A stretch of DNA of 24,000 nucleotides from Clostridia bacterium (GTDB taxonomy: Bacteria > Bacillota > Clostridia > UMGS1810), in contig JAZQDA010000173.1 in assembly GCA_045546535.1 (NCBI GenBank), forward strand, positions 20,116 through 44,115, written 5' to 3'. Within the stretch, counting starts at the first letter, position 1. Each line of letters opens with the position of its first letter. This document shows positions 22,751-24,000 of this stretch, piece after piece. Below the pieces are notes generated by a model. It ran no database searches, had not been told where the DNA came from, and saw only the letters and a list, made by a program, of their open reading frames with translations. Both the position numbers and the translations under genes were made by a program.

Positions 22751-22882
22751 ATGAAAAAAGTTGTTAGCGTTTGCTTGTCAAACGAAGTCCACGAAAAGGC
22801 GAAGAAAGAAGCGGTGAGTATGGGAATGAATGTGAGCGCGTTTATTTCAATGCTAATCGCAAATTACAAAAGAAAGGGTTAA
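22751..22882 (+). CDS. Ribbon-helix-helix (CopG/Arc-like) small DNA-binding protein, 43 aa
   Basis: MKKVVSVCLSNEVHEKAKKEAVSMGMNVSAFISMLIANYKRKG fits a beta strand (VSVCL), helix, G-x-S/N turn, helix layout. Strong SD. First gene after the promoter. Confidence 0.6.
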   Translation: MKKVVSVCLSNEVHEKAKKEAVSMGMNVSAFISMLIANYKRKG

Positions 22883-22886
22883 GACA

Positions 22887-23003
22887 ATGCTGAAATTTTA
22901 CGGAAAACCGCACGAACTGCGAGAATATCTTAAAAGCCTTGCGGAGAAGTACGGAAAAAACGAAACAATGTTTTCGGTGTATAACAAAATGAAACAGGAG
23001 TGA
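22887..23003 (+). CDS. Small hypothetical protein (38 aa)
   Basis: ATG at 22887 fills the gap between the RHH gene and the 23008 ORF. It is charged and helical. Support is weak: a short ORF with a weak SD. Confidence 0.35.
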   Translation: MLKFYGKPHELREYLKSLAEKYGKNETMFSVYNKMKQE

Positions 23004-23007
23004 AAAA

Positions 23008-23223
23008 ATGAAAAGAATTGAAAACCATTGCATAGGTTGCGCTGACGACACCGCGTACCGTTGTATGGGAAACCGTTGCCCCAAAAGAAATGTTGCGGTT
23101 TATTATTGTGACGAGTGCGACCCAAACCTAAATTGTCCGTTGGACGAGGTTTTTTCTGTGGACGGAAAAGAAATTTGCGAGGATTGTTTGAAGGAAAAAT
23201 TTAGAAAGAGGGTGTTTGAATGA
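23008..23223 (+). CDS. Cysteine-rich zinc-binding small protein (71 aa)
   Basis: Cys pairs are CIGC, C..C (CMGNRC), CDEC and CEDC, suggesting two zinc-ribbon knuckle pairs. Confidence 0.6.
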   Translation: MKRIENHCIGCADDTAYRCMGNRCPKRNVAVYYCDECDPNLNCPLDEVFSVDGKEICEDCLKEKFRKRVFE

Positions 23224-23465
23224 CGGCAGACGAATTTTTGGTATCGCGCTTTCTTGAAATGGAACGGCAAAACGCCGCGCTGAAAGAGGAACTAAACCGA
23301 GTTCGCGGTCATTATGAGAACTGCGAAAACGCGCTGAACATAATGTACAAGCATATGGAGTTTGGCGCAGAGGGAGTTCATTTCTTTATCCCCAATTTCG
23401 GTCAGTGTATTGTCGATGCAAAGAAAATTGCCGATTATTTTGGCAAAAAGTTGGAGAGGGAATAA
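23220..23465 (+). CDS. Hypothetical protein (81 aa)
   Basis: ATGA overlap with the upstream gene. The N-terminal half is helical. No motif recognised. Confidence 0.55.
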   Translation: MTADEFLVSRFLEMERQNAALKEELNRVRGHYENCENALNIMYKHMEFGAEGVHFFIPNFGQCIVDAKKIADYFGKKLERE

Positions 23466-23469
23466 CGCC

Positions 23470-24000
23470 GTGTCTAATTATTATGACGAGGAATCCCACA
23501 AGTATTATGTTGACGGAGTAGAAAAGCCAAGCGTAACAGAAATTGCAAATCCCATTTCGTTTGAACGGTTGGATGCTTTGCAAAAGCACATTGTTGAAAA
23601 AGCAAAAGAGCGCGGAAAGCGTTGCCACGAATTGTTTGAGCAGTATTTGCTTTTGGGCGAACTTGACCCCGAAGAAATTGAAACGGAGTATTTTCTGTAT
23701 GTTCAACAATTTGTTCTTTGGGCGAAAACCTACCGTCCAAAAGTTCTTTTCACCGAGAAAAAACTGTATGGAGAGGCATTTTGCGGAACGGCTGACCTCA
23801 TCTGCGTGATTGACGGAAAGTTGATTATCGTGGACTACAAGGTGACAAGCGCAATCGACAAGAAAAGTCTTTCCGTTCAGTTAGAGGGATACTACCGACT
23901 TTGCAAGAAAATCGGTCTTGAAATTGAGGATTGCTATTTCTTGCACATAAAAAAGGACAGTTATGTGTTCAAGCCCATTAAGCGAGATGCCGAGTGGTTT
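23470..24000 (+). CDS. PD-(D/E)XK (RecB/Cas4-like) nuclease, 3-prime partial
   Basis: GTG start follows GGAGAGGG. The frame stays open to the window end, so it is absent from the ORF table. Motifs are KPSVTEI, GTADLI, VDYK (D-x-K) and QLEGY (QxxxY). Confidence 0.7.
   Translation, partial: MSNYYDEESHKYYVDGVEKPSVTEIANPISFERLDALQKHIVEKAKERGKRCHELFEQYLLLGELDPEEIETEYFLYVQQFVLWAKTYRPKVLFTEKKLYGEAFCGTADLICVIDGKLIIVDYKVTSAIDKKSLSVQLEGYYRLCKKIGLEIEDCYFLHIKKDSYVFKPIKRDAEWF

Noticed and set aside
1-24000. Genome-wide TAG reassignment (recoded stop codon as in some gut phages)
   Set aside because: Standard-code ORFs tile the window almost gaplessly, and only one in-frame TAG (17877) is needed to explain any gap. 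Full recoding would fragment many late genes. It is retained only as a local read-through or pseudogene question.
1-24000. tRNA, rRNA, CRISPR array, transposase/IS element, integrase or att-type long repeats
   Set aside because: The intergenic gaps are short and explained by promoters, terminators and SDs. I found no T-loop-like GTTCGAAT motifs in cloverleaf context, no spacer-repeat periodicity and no recombinase-like ORF. This was checked by eye only.

Overview
The window is one continuous block of a tailed dsDNA phage or prophage, with every gene on the + strand. There is no sheath gene, and a tape measure plus a G/GT chaperone pair are present, so the tail is siphovirus-type (non-contractile). 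The host is probably Gram-positive and Clostridia-like. This rests on GGAGG-type ribosome-binding sites (SDs), sigmaA-type consensus promoters, Listeria-Bacteroides repeats and a BclA-like domain. Gene order is as follows: terL (5-prime truncated); a small Zn-ribbon cassette; portal; scaffold; major capsid; four neck genes; major tail protein; G/GT chaperone with a canonical -1 slippery site; tape measure; Dit-like protein with sugar-binding-type repeats; an AT-rich tail-tip module; and fibre/RBP genes. These are followed by a membrane-protein/holin region behind a perfect consensus promoter; an AT-rich polytopic membrane ORF broken by a single in-frame TAG; a 49-aa peptide gene coupled to a membrane-anchored HTH protein; and a terminator. 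Next comes a ~3.5 kb cargo cluster of low-complexity, Cys-rich and BclA-C-like proteins. A terminator/promoter boundary then leads into the early genes: an RHH protein, small Zn proteins and a PD-(D/E)XK nuclease that runs off the window. I recognised no tRNA, rRNA, CRISPR array, transposase, integrase or endolysin. All functional calls rest on gene order, motifs read by eye and remembered family signatures. No database search or computation was possible, so the product names are hypotheses.
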